NCBI GenBank assembly: GCA_965247615.1
Contig: OZ252022.1
Location: forward strand, 2,093,395-2,157,394
Direction of reading: 5' to 3'
DNA from: Dehalococcoidia bacterium
Lineage (GTDB): Bacteria > Chloroflexota > Dehalococcoidia > Lucifugimonadales > UBA1127
Length of the DNA: 64,000 nt
Below are positions 52,910 to 60,660 of the stretch, piece after piece (position 1 is the first letter of the stretch; each line of letters starts with the position of its first letter). The notes below the pieces were generated by a model. The model did not search any database. It saw only the letters and a program-made list of their open reading frames with translations, and was not told where the DNA came from. The translations under genes and the position numbers were made by a program.

Positions 52910-55708
52910 ATGCCAAACAATAACCCCAACCAAACGCAAATGCCCATGGACCGGGAACCTCTCCTCCTCCTCATGGACGGCCACGCCATGGTCCATCGCG
53001 CCTGGCACGCCATCCGCAACCCCCTCACCATCTCCAAGACCGGAGAAGAGGTTCGGGGCGTCTACGGCTTCGCCCAGATGGTCCGCAGGGCCGTGGAAGA
53101 TTACCGTCCCACCCACGTCATCCTCACCTTCGACAGCGCAGCGCCCACCTACCGCCACGAGGAGTTCCAGGAGTACAAGGCCCAGCGCCCGGACATGCCA
53201 GACGACCTCCGCCGCCAGTTCCCCCACGTGCGCCGCCTCATGGAGTCCTTCCGCGTCCCCATCATGGAGATGGACGGCTACGAGGCCGACGACCTCCTCG
53301 GCGCCCTCAGCTCCCAGGCCGAGGCCCAGGGCCTCGCCTCCATCATCCTCACCGGCGATACCGACCTCCTCCAGCTCGTCTCGCCCCGCGTCCGCGTCCT
53401 CCTCCAGTACAAGATTGCCGAGCAGCTCACCTTCGACGAAATCAAGGTCCGGGAGCGCTTCGGCGGCCTCGCCCCGGAGCAGCTCGTCCACATGAAAGCC
53501 CTCAAGGGCGACCCCTCCGACAACATCCCCGGCGTCCCCACCATCGGTGAGAAAGGCGCCATAAAGCTGGTGCAACAATTTGGCACCGTCCAGGGCATCT
53601 ATGACAACCTAGACGCCCTGCCCCAGAAGCAGCAGGACCTCTTCCGACAGCACCGCGACAGGGCCTTCCAGGGCGTCCGCCTCATCACCATCGACCGCGC
53701 CGCCCCCGTCAACCTCGACCTCGAACAGTGCCGCTGGGGCAACTACGACCGCGCCGAAGTCCTCGACGTCCTCCGCGACCTGGAGTTCCATAGCCTCGTG
53801 CGGTGGGTTCCCGAGGGCGCCATCGTCAGCGGCGACCGCGGCGCCGCCCCCGCCAGCTCCCCGGACCAGGACGTGCCTCTGCACTACACGACCGTCACCG
53901 ACGACGCCGGACTCGATGCCCTCGTCCAGGCCCTCCTCGCCTCCGGCCGCTATGCCTTTGATACCGAGACCGCACCCTTGGACCCGGAGAGCAAGGCCGT
54001 GGACCCCGTCCGCTCCCGCATCGTCGGCCTCTCCTTCGCCACCTCCCCCGGCGTCGCCTGGTACGTCCCCATCGGCCACGCGGAGGGCCCCCAGCTGGAC
54101 CCCACAGCCGCCCTCGAGCGCCTCAAGCCCGTCCTGGAATACCCGGACCTCTCCAGGGCGGCCCACAACGCCAACTATGACATGACCGTCCTCGGCAGCA
54201 GCGGGGTCACTGTCCCCACCCTCGAATTTGACACCATGGTCGCTGCCCACCTCCTGGGCCACAAAGCCATCGGCCTCAAGAACCTGGCCCTGGACCTCCT
54301 CGGCGTGGAGATGACCCCTATCTCGGAGCTCATCGGCTCCGGCCGCAACCAGACCACCATGGACCGGGTGCCGGTGGAGAAGGCCGCCCCCTATGCCTGC
54401 GCCGACGCCGACATGACCCTCCGTCTCTGGGACCGCCTCCTCGTCGACATGCAGCGCGACACCTCTTGGAAGCTGTTCACGGATGTCGAGATGCCCCTGA
54501 CCCCCGTCCTCGTGGCCATGCAGCTCCGGGGCATCACCCTGGACGCACCCATGCTCCAGGCAATGGGCGGCGACCTGGGTGAGCGCCTGGTTGAGCTGGT
54601 GGAGAAGACATACGAATCGGTGGGGCACACATTCAACCTGGCCGCCCCCCAACAGCTGGGCGAGATCCTCTTCGGAGAGCTGAAGCTGGCCGAGCTGCTC
54701 GGCTGGGGCAAACCCAGACGCACCAAGACAGGCGGCTACTCCACCGACGCCTCCATTCTCGAGGCCCTGCGCGGCGCCCATCCCGTCGTCGATCTGGTCC
54801 TTGAGCACCGCCAGCTCAGCAAGCTCAAATCAACCTACGTTGACGCCCTGTCCGTCCTCGTCAATCCCAGGACTGCCCGCGTGCACACCAGCTACAACCA
54901 GGCCGGCTCCGTCACCGGCCGCGTCTCCTCCAACGACCCCAACCTTCAGAACATCCCCATCCGCACCGAGCTCGGACGCAAGATCCGCAACGCCTTCACC
55001 CCCGGCGAGCCGGGCTGGAGCCTCATCGGCGCGGACTACTCGCAGATCGAGCTCCGTGTCCTGGCCCACCTCTCCCAGGACCCCGCCCTCCTCGACGCCT
55101 TCCACCAGGACATGGACGTCCACGCCGCTACCGCGGCCCAGGTCTTCGGCGTGGACCTCGCCGACGTCACCGCCGACCAGCGGCGCCTGGCCAAGGTCCT
55201 CAACTTCGGCGTCATCTACGGCCTCAGCGCCTTCGGCATCTCCCAGCAGACGGAGCTCACCGCGGAGGAGGGCAAGCAGTTCATCGAAGGCTACTTCAAC
55301 CGCTACCCGGGCATCAGGGAGTACATTGAGCGCACCAAGTCCCAGGCCAGGGAGCAGGGCTACGTCCAGACCATGTGGGGGCGTCGCCGCAGGATCCCGG
55401 AGATCGATTCGAGCAACAATAACCTGCGCCAAGCGGCGGAGCGGGAGGCCATCAACACCCCCGTCCAGGGCACCGCCGCCGAGGCCATGAAGAAAGCCAT
55501 GATCGACGTCTACCGGAACATGCAGCGGGAGGGCCTCCGCAGCCGCATGCTCCTCCAGGTCCACGACGAGCTCATCTTCGAAGCCCCCGCGGAAGAGATC
55601 GAGCCACTCAAGTCCCTGGCCGTGGATACGATGCCCAGGGCCATGGACCTTGACGTCCCCCTCAAAGTCACCGTCAAGCTCGGCGCCACCTGGGGCGACC
55701 TCGAGTAA
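52910..55708 (+). CDS. polA: DNA polymerase I
   Basis: 5'-nuclease N-terminus (LLLLMDGHAMVHRAWHA…), 3'-5' exo region (…AFDTETAPLD…), polymerase motifs (…DYSQIELRVLAH…, …RRLAKVLNFGVIYG…, …QVHDELIFE…). ATG 52910 lies 7 nt after GGGAGG. TATAAT at 52876-52881. Confidence 0.95.
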   Translation: MPNNNPNQTQMPMDREPLLLLMDGHAMVHRAWHAIRNPLTISKTGEEVRGVYGFAQMVRRAVEDYRPTHVILTFDSAAPTYRHEEFQEYKAQRPDMPDDLRRQFPHVRRLMESFRVPIMEMDGYEADDLLGALSSQAEAQGLASIILTGDTDLLQLVSPRVRVLLQYKIAEQLTFDEIKVRERFGGLAPEQLVHMKALKGDPSDNIPGVPTIGEKGAIKLVQQFGTVQGIYDNLDALPQKQQDLFRQHRDRAFQGVRLITIDRAAPVNLDLEQCRWGNYDRAEVLDVLRDLEFHSLVRWVPEGAIVSGDRGAAPASSPDQDVPLHYTTVTDDAGLDALVQALLASGRYAFDTETAPLDPESKAVDPVRSRIVGLSFATSPGVAWYVPIGHAEGPQLDPTAALERLKPVLEYPDLSRAAHNANYDMTVLGSSGVTVPTLEFDTMVAAHLLGHKAIGLKNLALDLLGVEMTPISELIGSGRNQTTMDRVPVEKAAPYACADADMTLRLWDRLLVDMQRDTSWKLFTDVEMPLTPVLVAMQLRGITLDAPMLQAMGGDLGERLVELVEKTYESVGHTFNLAAPQQLGEILFGELKLAELLGWGKPRRTKTGGYSTDASILEALRGAHPVVDLVLEHRQLSKLKSTYVDALSVLVNPRTARVHTSYNQAGSVTGRVSSNDPNLQNIPIRTELGRKIRNAFTPGEPGWSLIGADYSQIELRVLAHLSQDPALLDAFHQDMDVHAATAAQVFGVDLADVTADQRRLAKVLNFGVIYGLSAFGISQQTELTAEEGKQFIEGYFNRYPGIREYIERTKSQAREQGYVQTMWGRRRRIPEIDSSNNNLRQAAEREAINTPVQGTAAEAMKKAMIDVYRNMQREGLRSRMLLQVHDELIFEAPAEEIEPLKSLAVDTMPRAMDLDVPLKVTVKLGATWGDLE

Positions 55709-55813
55709 CCTGGCGGCAGCCCCAGGCGTCCCGCTCACGCCCTTCGAGAGCCTCAGAGTGAGCGGCCTACCCAGAGCGCCGAGCCCCAGCAGGTTCCCCG
55801 CGTGGGATGGGGT

Positions 55814-55887
55814 CTCGCTCATGGTGAGGCCCTCGAACCAGAGGAGCGCCCTACCCCCACCCCCAGAATGCCGCCGCGCTAGCGACC
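55814..55887 (+). repeat. Intergenic repeat family, copy C (head + tail)
   Basis: CTCGCTCATGGTGAGGCCCTCGAACCAGAGGAGCGCCCTACCCCCACCCCCAGAATGCCGCCGCGCTAGCGACC, 106 nt after the polA stop. Confidence 0.8.
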
Positions 55888-55972
55888 CGCCGAACCACCC
55901 CCAGGTTGACCCAGCCATCCCCTGCCGCTACAATCCCCCCAAACAACCAGAACATGAACCGCGGAGGCCACC

Positions 55973-56209
55973 ATGCCCCTCTACGAGTACCACTGCGAGC
56001 GCTGCACATCGACCTTCGAGTTCCTGCGCCCCATGAGCGCCTCCAAGGACCCCGCCGACTGCCCCCGGTGCGAGGCCCCAGCCCCGCGCGTCCTCTCCGT
56101 CTTTGCCGCCTACTCAGGCAGCTCCGGCCAGAGCGCCGCACCCGCCCCCCTCGCCGGCATGGGCGGCTGCGGCGGCTGCGCCACCGGGGCCTGCGCCTGC
56201 GCCCACTAG
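55973..56209 (+). CDS. FmdB-family zinc-ribbon protein (CxxC_CxxC_SSSS)
   Basis: MPLYEYHCERCTSTFEFL…DPADCPRCEAP…RVLS, Cys/Gly-rich tail. RBS GCGGAGG. Confidence 0.88.
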   Translation: MPLYEYHCERCTSTFEFLRPMSASKDPADCPRCEAPAPRVLSVFAAYSGSSGQSAAPAPLAGMGGCGGCATGACACAH

Positions 56210-56259
56210 CCCCGCTCTAGGGCAGCCGTCCACAGCTACGCGCGGCGTCCCCTAGGTGA

Positions 56260-56294
56260 CCGCTCATCGTGTGGCACTTGAACCACTTGAGCGG
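56260..56294 (+). repeat. Intergenic repeat family, copy E (head module)
   Basis: CCGCTCATCGTGTGGCACTTGAACCACTTGAGCGG. 7-bp outer stem CCGCTCA/TGAGCGG and inner GTGG/CCAC. It lies 51 nt after the fmdB stop. Confidence 0.7.
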
Positions 56295-56608
56295 CGGGCG
56301 GCGGAGTCCCCAGCATTCCCGGGGACAGCCTCCCATAGCGATGCCCCTGAACCAACCAACCGGCGGGGCGCGGATATCCCCCGTAGCGGCGGGCCTGAAA
56401 CCCTCCCCCATCCCAGGGCGCCCGCCCGCAGCCACACGCGCGGTCCCCTGCCGGCAAACGTAGCCAACCATGGACAGGCCGGCTGCGTCAGCCCTACGCC
56501 GATCGGCACCTTCATCGACCTCGACAGCACGCCGGCGTCGGCGGAGGACGGCCAGGCCAACCCCAGCAACCGCAAGTACATCCTCGACTGCGCGCATAAC
56601 CTGGGGAA

Positions 56609-57943
56609 ATGATCAACGGCCTCGGCGACCTATCCCGGATAGGCGCAGCCTTTCGAAGAGGGGGTAGCACCGTGGATCGGCTGAGAACACTGCTTCTTGT
56701 CATTGGGATTGTTGCCGTCGCTGTGGTCGTGGCGGGATACCTTTTCTTGATGCTCGACCAGGCCAACGCCGACTTGTTGGAGACTACAGCTAGCTTGCAA
56801 GAGACCACAGCTGACTTGCAGGAGACCACTATCGAGCTTGAAATTCGGAAGACGTTGAACGTCAACCTTGAGTCGGAGAACAGCGCGTTGCTATCCCAGA
56901 AGGAAGGACTTGAGTCGGCAAGGAGCGCCCTGGAGGTCTCCCTGGGGGATGCTCTGTCGGAGAGCGCCGGGCTCCAGGTAGACCTCCGCGTCGCCAACGC
57001 ACAGGCCCAGGAGCAGGAGGCGCGGTACGAGAGGCTCAGCTCAGAACGCGACGACCTGGCCGCTCAGCATGAGGACCTGGGCTTCAGGCACTCGGACCTG
57101 CAGGTCCAGTACGAGAAGCTCGGCTTACAGCGTGACGACCTAGCCGCTCAGCATGAGGACCTGGGTTTCAGGCACTCGGACCTGCAGGCCCAGTACAAGA
57201 AGCTCGGCTTACAGCGCGACGAGCTGGCCGCCCAGTTTGAGGACCTGAGCTTCCGGCACTCGGAGCTGCAGCTGGCGGTGGGAACGGTGGACGACCTGAG
57301 GACCAAGGCGTCTGCTCTGCGCGACGAGATCGAGGAGCTCGAGGAATGGCGGCGCCCGCTCATCCTAGCGCTGGATAGCGCCGCGACCTCGGGCTTCAAG
57401 TGCACCGGAAGCATGGAGCCGACAATAACGTGTCTGGACCGGGCCACATTCCTGACCAACTTCAGACCGGAGGACATCGTGGTCGGCGCGACCATCTCCT
57501 TCAATCCCAACTGCTGGGAAGATGGGGCAAGCGGCCGAGGGGCTGCCCACCGAGTGGCGGACATCGAACTGAGGGGTGGCATCTACCACTACTGGCCCAA
57601 GGGCGACGCGAGCGACGAGCCTGACGGCTGCTGGATACCCCAGACCAGCGTTCGGGGGTACATTATCGAGATCCACAAGAACGCCGTGCCGGAGAACGCC
57701 GAGCTGCGCGACCAGGTGAACGCTGCAAGGGCAGCCTTTGTGGCCGCCCGGGAGGCCTATCGCGATCTGCTGGAGGGGTACTGCGGCTCCCGCGATCCGG
57801 ACGGGTGCTATTTGGACCCGCGCCCGTATGCCGAGGTGGACGAAGCGTACGAGAGGGCTCTCGAAGCACAAGAACACTGGCGCTGCTGGTACGAGAACGC
57901 GGGGAAATCGGAGTACCCCGGGCACATCCCCCACGAGTGCTAG
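56609..57943 (+). CDS. Membrane-anchored coiled-coil protein fused to an ER/archaeal-type (S26B, SipW-like) signal peptidase I domain
   Basis: TM LLLVIGIVAVAVVVAGYLFLML; about 230 aa of coiled coil with 28-aa tandem repeats. C-terminal boxes are TGSMEPT (Ser), EDIVVG, AHRVADI (His) and PKGDASDEPDG. The start is ATG 56609 (ATGA overlap with an upstream ORF) or GTG 56672 (7 nt after GAAGAGGGGG). Confidence 0.75.
   Translation: MINGLGDLSRIGAAFRRGGSTVDRLRTLLLVIGIVAVAVVVAGYLFLMLDQANADLLETTASLQETTADLQETTIELEIRKTLNVNLESENSALLSQKEGLESARSALEVSLGDALSESAGLQVDLRVANAQAQEQEARYERLSSERDDLAAQHEDLGFRHSDLQVQYEKLGLQRDDLAAQHEDLGFRHSDLQAQYKKLGLQRDELAAQFEDLSFRHSELQLAVGTVDDLRTKASALRDEIEELEEWRRPLILALDSAATSGFKCTGSMEPTITCLDRATFLTNFRPEDIVVGATISFNPNCWEDGASGRGAAHRVADIELRGGIYHYWPKGDASDEPDGCWIPQTSVRGYIIEIHKNAVPENAELRDQVNAARAAFVAAREAYRDLLEGYCGSRDPDGCYLDPRPYAEVDEAYERALEAQEHWRCWYENAGKSEYPGHIPHEC
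57050..57277 (+). repeat. In-frame 84-bp tandem repeat (about 2.7 copies) inside the coiled-coil region
   Basis: Units 57050-57133 and 57134-57217 (about 90% identical; DDLAAQHEDLGFRHSDLQxQYxKLGLQR), plus a diverged third unit from 57218. Confidence 0.9.
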
Positions 57944-57995
57944 GAGAGAGGGAAGACCACCCATGGGCACTAGCTGCTGTGTTTGCCCAGGGGCT

Positions 57996-58073
57996 CCCGC
58001 TCATGGTGAGCCCCTCAAACCAAATGAGCAGCCTACCCACGCCGTCTCTCCTCCCCCGCTAGCCGCCGTGCTA
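57996..58073 (+). repeat. Intergenic repeat family, copy D (head + tail)
   Basis: CCCGCTCATGGTGAGCCCCTCAAACCAAATGAGCAGCCTACCCACGCCGTCTCTCCTCCCCCGCTAGCCGCCGTGCTA. Its end coincides with the complement stop codon of the TIGR01906 gene. Confidence 0.8.
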
Positions 58074-58850
58074 ATGGCTCCTCCCCCGCACCCAACGCAG
58101 CCCCAGCCACCCACCCACCACCAGCACTGAAGCCTCCACCACCGTCAGCGCCACCACCAGCATCGTCGCAATGAACCAGAACCCCTCCGGGAACATTCGC
58201 ACCAGGAAGTCCCTCTGCGGGTCCAGCTGCCAGAAATCGTTGCTGAAGCTGATCACGTGGAACAGGTAGAAGATCCACGGAAACGCGACCGCCAGCGCCA
58301 GCCCACTTACGACGACAAGCCCCACCGTCAGCGCACCCCCCCATAGCGCGCTTTTGGCCAGCCGCTCGGCCAGCTCGCGCCGGCGTGCCGCAAGCACCGC
58401 AAGCACGCAGACCAGCAGAAAGCCTCCCGCTATCTGCTGCGTCAGGAACACCCCCTGCACCAGCCCCTTTACGTCCCGCATGTGGATGACCTCCCGTTCG
58501 TTGTACAGCGGCCGGTCAAACACCGTTATGTCCAGATACTCAGCGTCCGAGCTCCAGTACTCGATGATCTCACCCGCCACCCGCCGCAGCTCCTCCTCCG
58601 GGACCCCCGTCGCCCTGCTGATCTCGTACCGCTCGAACCCGTACGAGTACAGCCACGACCCGTTGAACCCCGCCCGCAGGTTGCTCGTCACCAGGAACGG
58701 CGGCACCGCTAGGATGAAGACCACCGCCAGCACCTGCACTAGCGCACCCGCGAGCCTCCGACGCCTCATCGCCGACGCCGACTGCGTCCCTGCGTCTTGT
58801 TCCATGTGCTCCTCTTGTTCCACTTCCATGGCCCCAGTATAATGCTTCAA
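58071..58850 (-). CDS. TIGR01906/DUF1461-family integral membrane protein (Lit-like)
   Basis: …NLRAGFNGSWLYSYGFERY…HMRDVKGLV…FHVISFSNDFWQLDP…DFLVRMFPEGFW… family pattern. The track start is TTG 58850. ATG 58829 sits 7 nt after a TATACT box (possible leaderless start). Confidence 0.8.
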   Translation of the reverse strand: MKHYTGAMEVEQEEHMEQDAGTQSASAMRRRRLAGALVQVLAVVFILAVPPFLVTSNLRAGFNGSWLYSYGFERYEISRATGVPEEELRRVAGEIIEYWSSDAEYLDITVFDRPLYNEREVIHMRDVKGLVQGVFLTQQIAGGFLLVCVLAVLAARRRELAERLAKSALWGGALTVGLVVVSGLALAVAFPWIFYLFHVISFSNDFWQLDPQRDFLVRMFPEGFWFIATMLVVALTVVEASVLVVGGWLGLRWVRGRSH

Positions 58851-58925
58851 ACCTTCAGGGGCCGAGAGAACGCCACTCTCCCCGTTCTGGCCGACCCGCC
58901 AGGGGCCCGCTAGGGTCCGGAGAGT

Positions 58926-59726
58926 ATGACCAGCTCCTCAGACCGGCAACCCAGCTTCGAAGCCCTCAGCGACATCGTCGCCCGCCTTCGCGCCCCCGGC
59001 GGCTGCCCCTGGGACCGGGAGCAGACCCACGCCTCCCTGCGCCCCAACCTCCTGGAGGAGTCCTACGAGGCCCTAGACGCCCTGGACCGGGGCAGCCCCT
59101 CCGCTACCATGGAGGAGCTCGGCGACCTCCTCGTCCAGATCGTCTTCCACTGCCAGATCGCCTCTGACCAGGGCGAGTTCACCTACGAGCAGTTCTTCCG
59201 CCAGGTCCAGGACAAGCTCGTCCGACGCCACCCCCATGTCTTCGGCGACGCCCTCGCCCCCACCACGCGCGACGTGGAGGAGCAGTGGCAGGCCATCAAA
59301 CAGGCCGAGCGAGGCGCCGCATCCATCCTCGACGGCGTCCCACCCTCCACCCCCGCCCTCGCCCGCGCCCAGTCCATCTCCAACCGCGCCGCCAGGTCGG
59401 GCTTCGAGTGGGACGACCTCGACGGCGTCATGGCCAAGCTTGCCGAGGAGCTCACCGAGCTCGAACAAGCCGGCAATCACCAGGAGCGGGAGCATGAGCT
59501 CGGCGACGTGCTCTTCACCCTCGTCAACATCGCCCGCTGGCGTGGCATCGACGCCGAGACCGCCCTCCGCGCCGCCAACCAGCGCTTCTACCGGCGCTTC
59601 ACCCACATGGAGGCCGCCTGCCGCCAACAGGGCGTCACCCTCGCGGACCTCTCCATGGAGGCCAGGGAGGCCCTCTGGCAGGAAGCCAAGCGCCGCACCG
59701 CCCCCGACCAGTCCCCCTCTGGCTGA
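58926..59726 (+). CDS. mazG: Nucleoside triphosphate pyrophosphohydrolase MazG
   Basis: …LRAPGGCPWDREQTHASLRPNLLEESYEALDA… and a second EELGDVLF repeat. Confidence 0.92.
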   Translation: MTSSSDRQPSFEALSDIVARLRAPGGCPWDREQTHASLRPNLLEESYEALDALDRGSPSATMEELGDLLVQIVFHCQIASDQGEFTYEQFFRQVQDKLVRRHPHVFGDALAPTTRDVEEQWQAIKQAERGAASILDGVPPSTPALARAQSISNRAARSGFEWDDLDGVMAKLAEELTELEQAGNHQEREHELGDVLFTLVNIARWRGIDAETALRAANQRFYRRFTHMEAACRQQGVTLADLSMEAREALWQEAKRRTAPDQSPSG

Positions 59727-59736
59727 CCCGCAGCCC

Positions 59737-60523
59737 CTACATCTCCACCCTCCCGCGCAGCCGCGCCTCCAGCGCGTCCGCCACCGCCTCCGCAACCTCC
59801 GCCGCGGCCCCCCCGAGCACCCGCCGCGCTAGCGGCCGATGCGGCCGCATGTGCACCACCCGCCGCGGCACACGCCCCAGCGCCGACGCCGCGCCCAGCG
59901 CCGTCTCCATGTCCCCCAGCTCGTCCACCAACCCCAGCCGCAGCGCCTGCCGGCCCGTGAACACCTCCCCCGTCGCCAGCTCCCGCACCCGCCCCTCATC
60001 CATCCTCCGCCCCCGCGCCACCGCCTCCACAAACGCGTCGTAGGTGTCGTCGATCAGCGCCTGCACCCGCTCCAGCTCCTCGTCCGTCGGCTCCCGCCAC
60101 GGCTGCAGCAATATCCTTCAGCCGTCCCTGCTTGCTCACCGACATCTGCACCCCCAGCCGCTGCAGCAGCTGCGACAGGATCGGTCGAAGCAGGATCACC
60201 CCAATCGAACCCACCAGCGCGTCCGGGTTCGCCACTATCCGCTGCGCCGGACAGCTCGCGTAGTACGCCCCCGACGCGCCCACGCCACGGATGTACGCCA
60301 CCACCGGCTTCTCCGACGCCACACGCCGGATGCTCGCGTACAGCTCCGCCGAACCGGGCGCGCCGCCCCCCGGCGAGTCCACGTCCAGCACCACGGCCTT
60401 GATCCGCCGGTTCTTGCGCACGCTCTCCAGCAGTGGCACGTACACACTCGGCCGCACTGCCGTGCCGATGGCGCCAAACAGCTCCACCACCGCTATCCTC
60501 CCCCGTTGCGGGAGTCTGACCAT
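59737..60523 (-). pseudogene. sppA: Signal peptide peptidase SppA (36K type, S49) interrupted by a 1-nt frameshift
   Basis: ORF 59996..60589 (MVRLPQRGRIAVVELFGAIG…DVDSPGGG…GVGASGAYY…SVSKQGRLKDI) and ORF 59737..60111 (LQPWREPTDEELERVQALIDDTYDAFVEAVARGR…GLVDELG) are consecutive SppA segments in different frames. The junction is at about 60109-60113. ATG 60523 follows GGAAGGAGG. Confidence 0.8.
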
Positions 60524-60660
60524 CTTGCCTCCTTCCGTTGCTCCCTGTTTGTGGGGCATTGTACAATCGCTGGCGTACCCTGGGGTCATGCACCCGCGCT
60601 CACCCAGCCGGCCCCCGCGAAAGTGTGCTCGGTTCCAATCCTGTCCCGCCAGGTGCCATC

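Noticed and set aside
55817-55845. tRNA-like reading of the repeat head on the minus strand (TGGTTCGAGGGCCTCACCA looks like a T-loop plus CCA end)
   Set aside because: The bases flanking TTCGAGG cannot form a 5-bp T-stem. No acceptor, D or anticodon arms are present in any copy. It is therefore not a tRNA or a tRNA-derived att site.
56256-56470. N-terminal two-thirds of ORF 56256..56612 as a real gene
   Set aside because: The composition is Pro/Arg/Gly-rich and the GTG start lies inside repeat copy E. There is no RBS. Only the last ~40 codons look protein-like, and these are reported separately as a remnant.
57050-57277. Tandem repeats here and at 63678-63770 as possible CRISPR arrays
   Set aside because: The units are directly adjacent without spacers, are in frame within coding sequence, and encode coiled-coil or linker peptide repeats. 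No cas genes are present.
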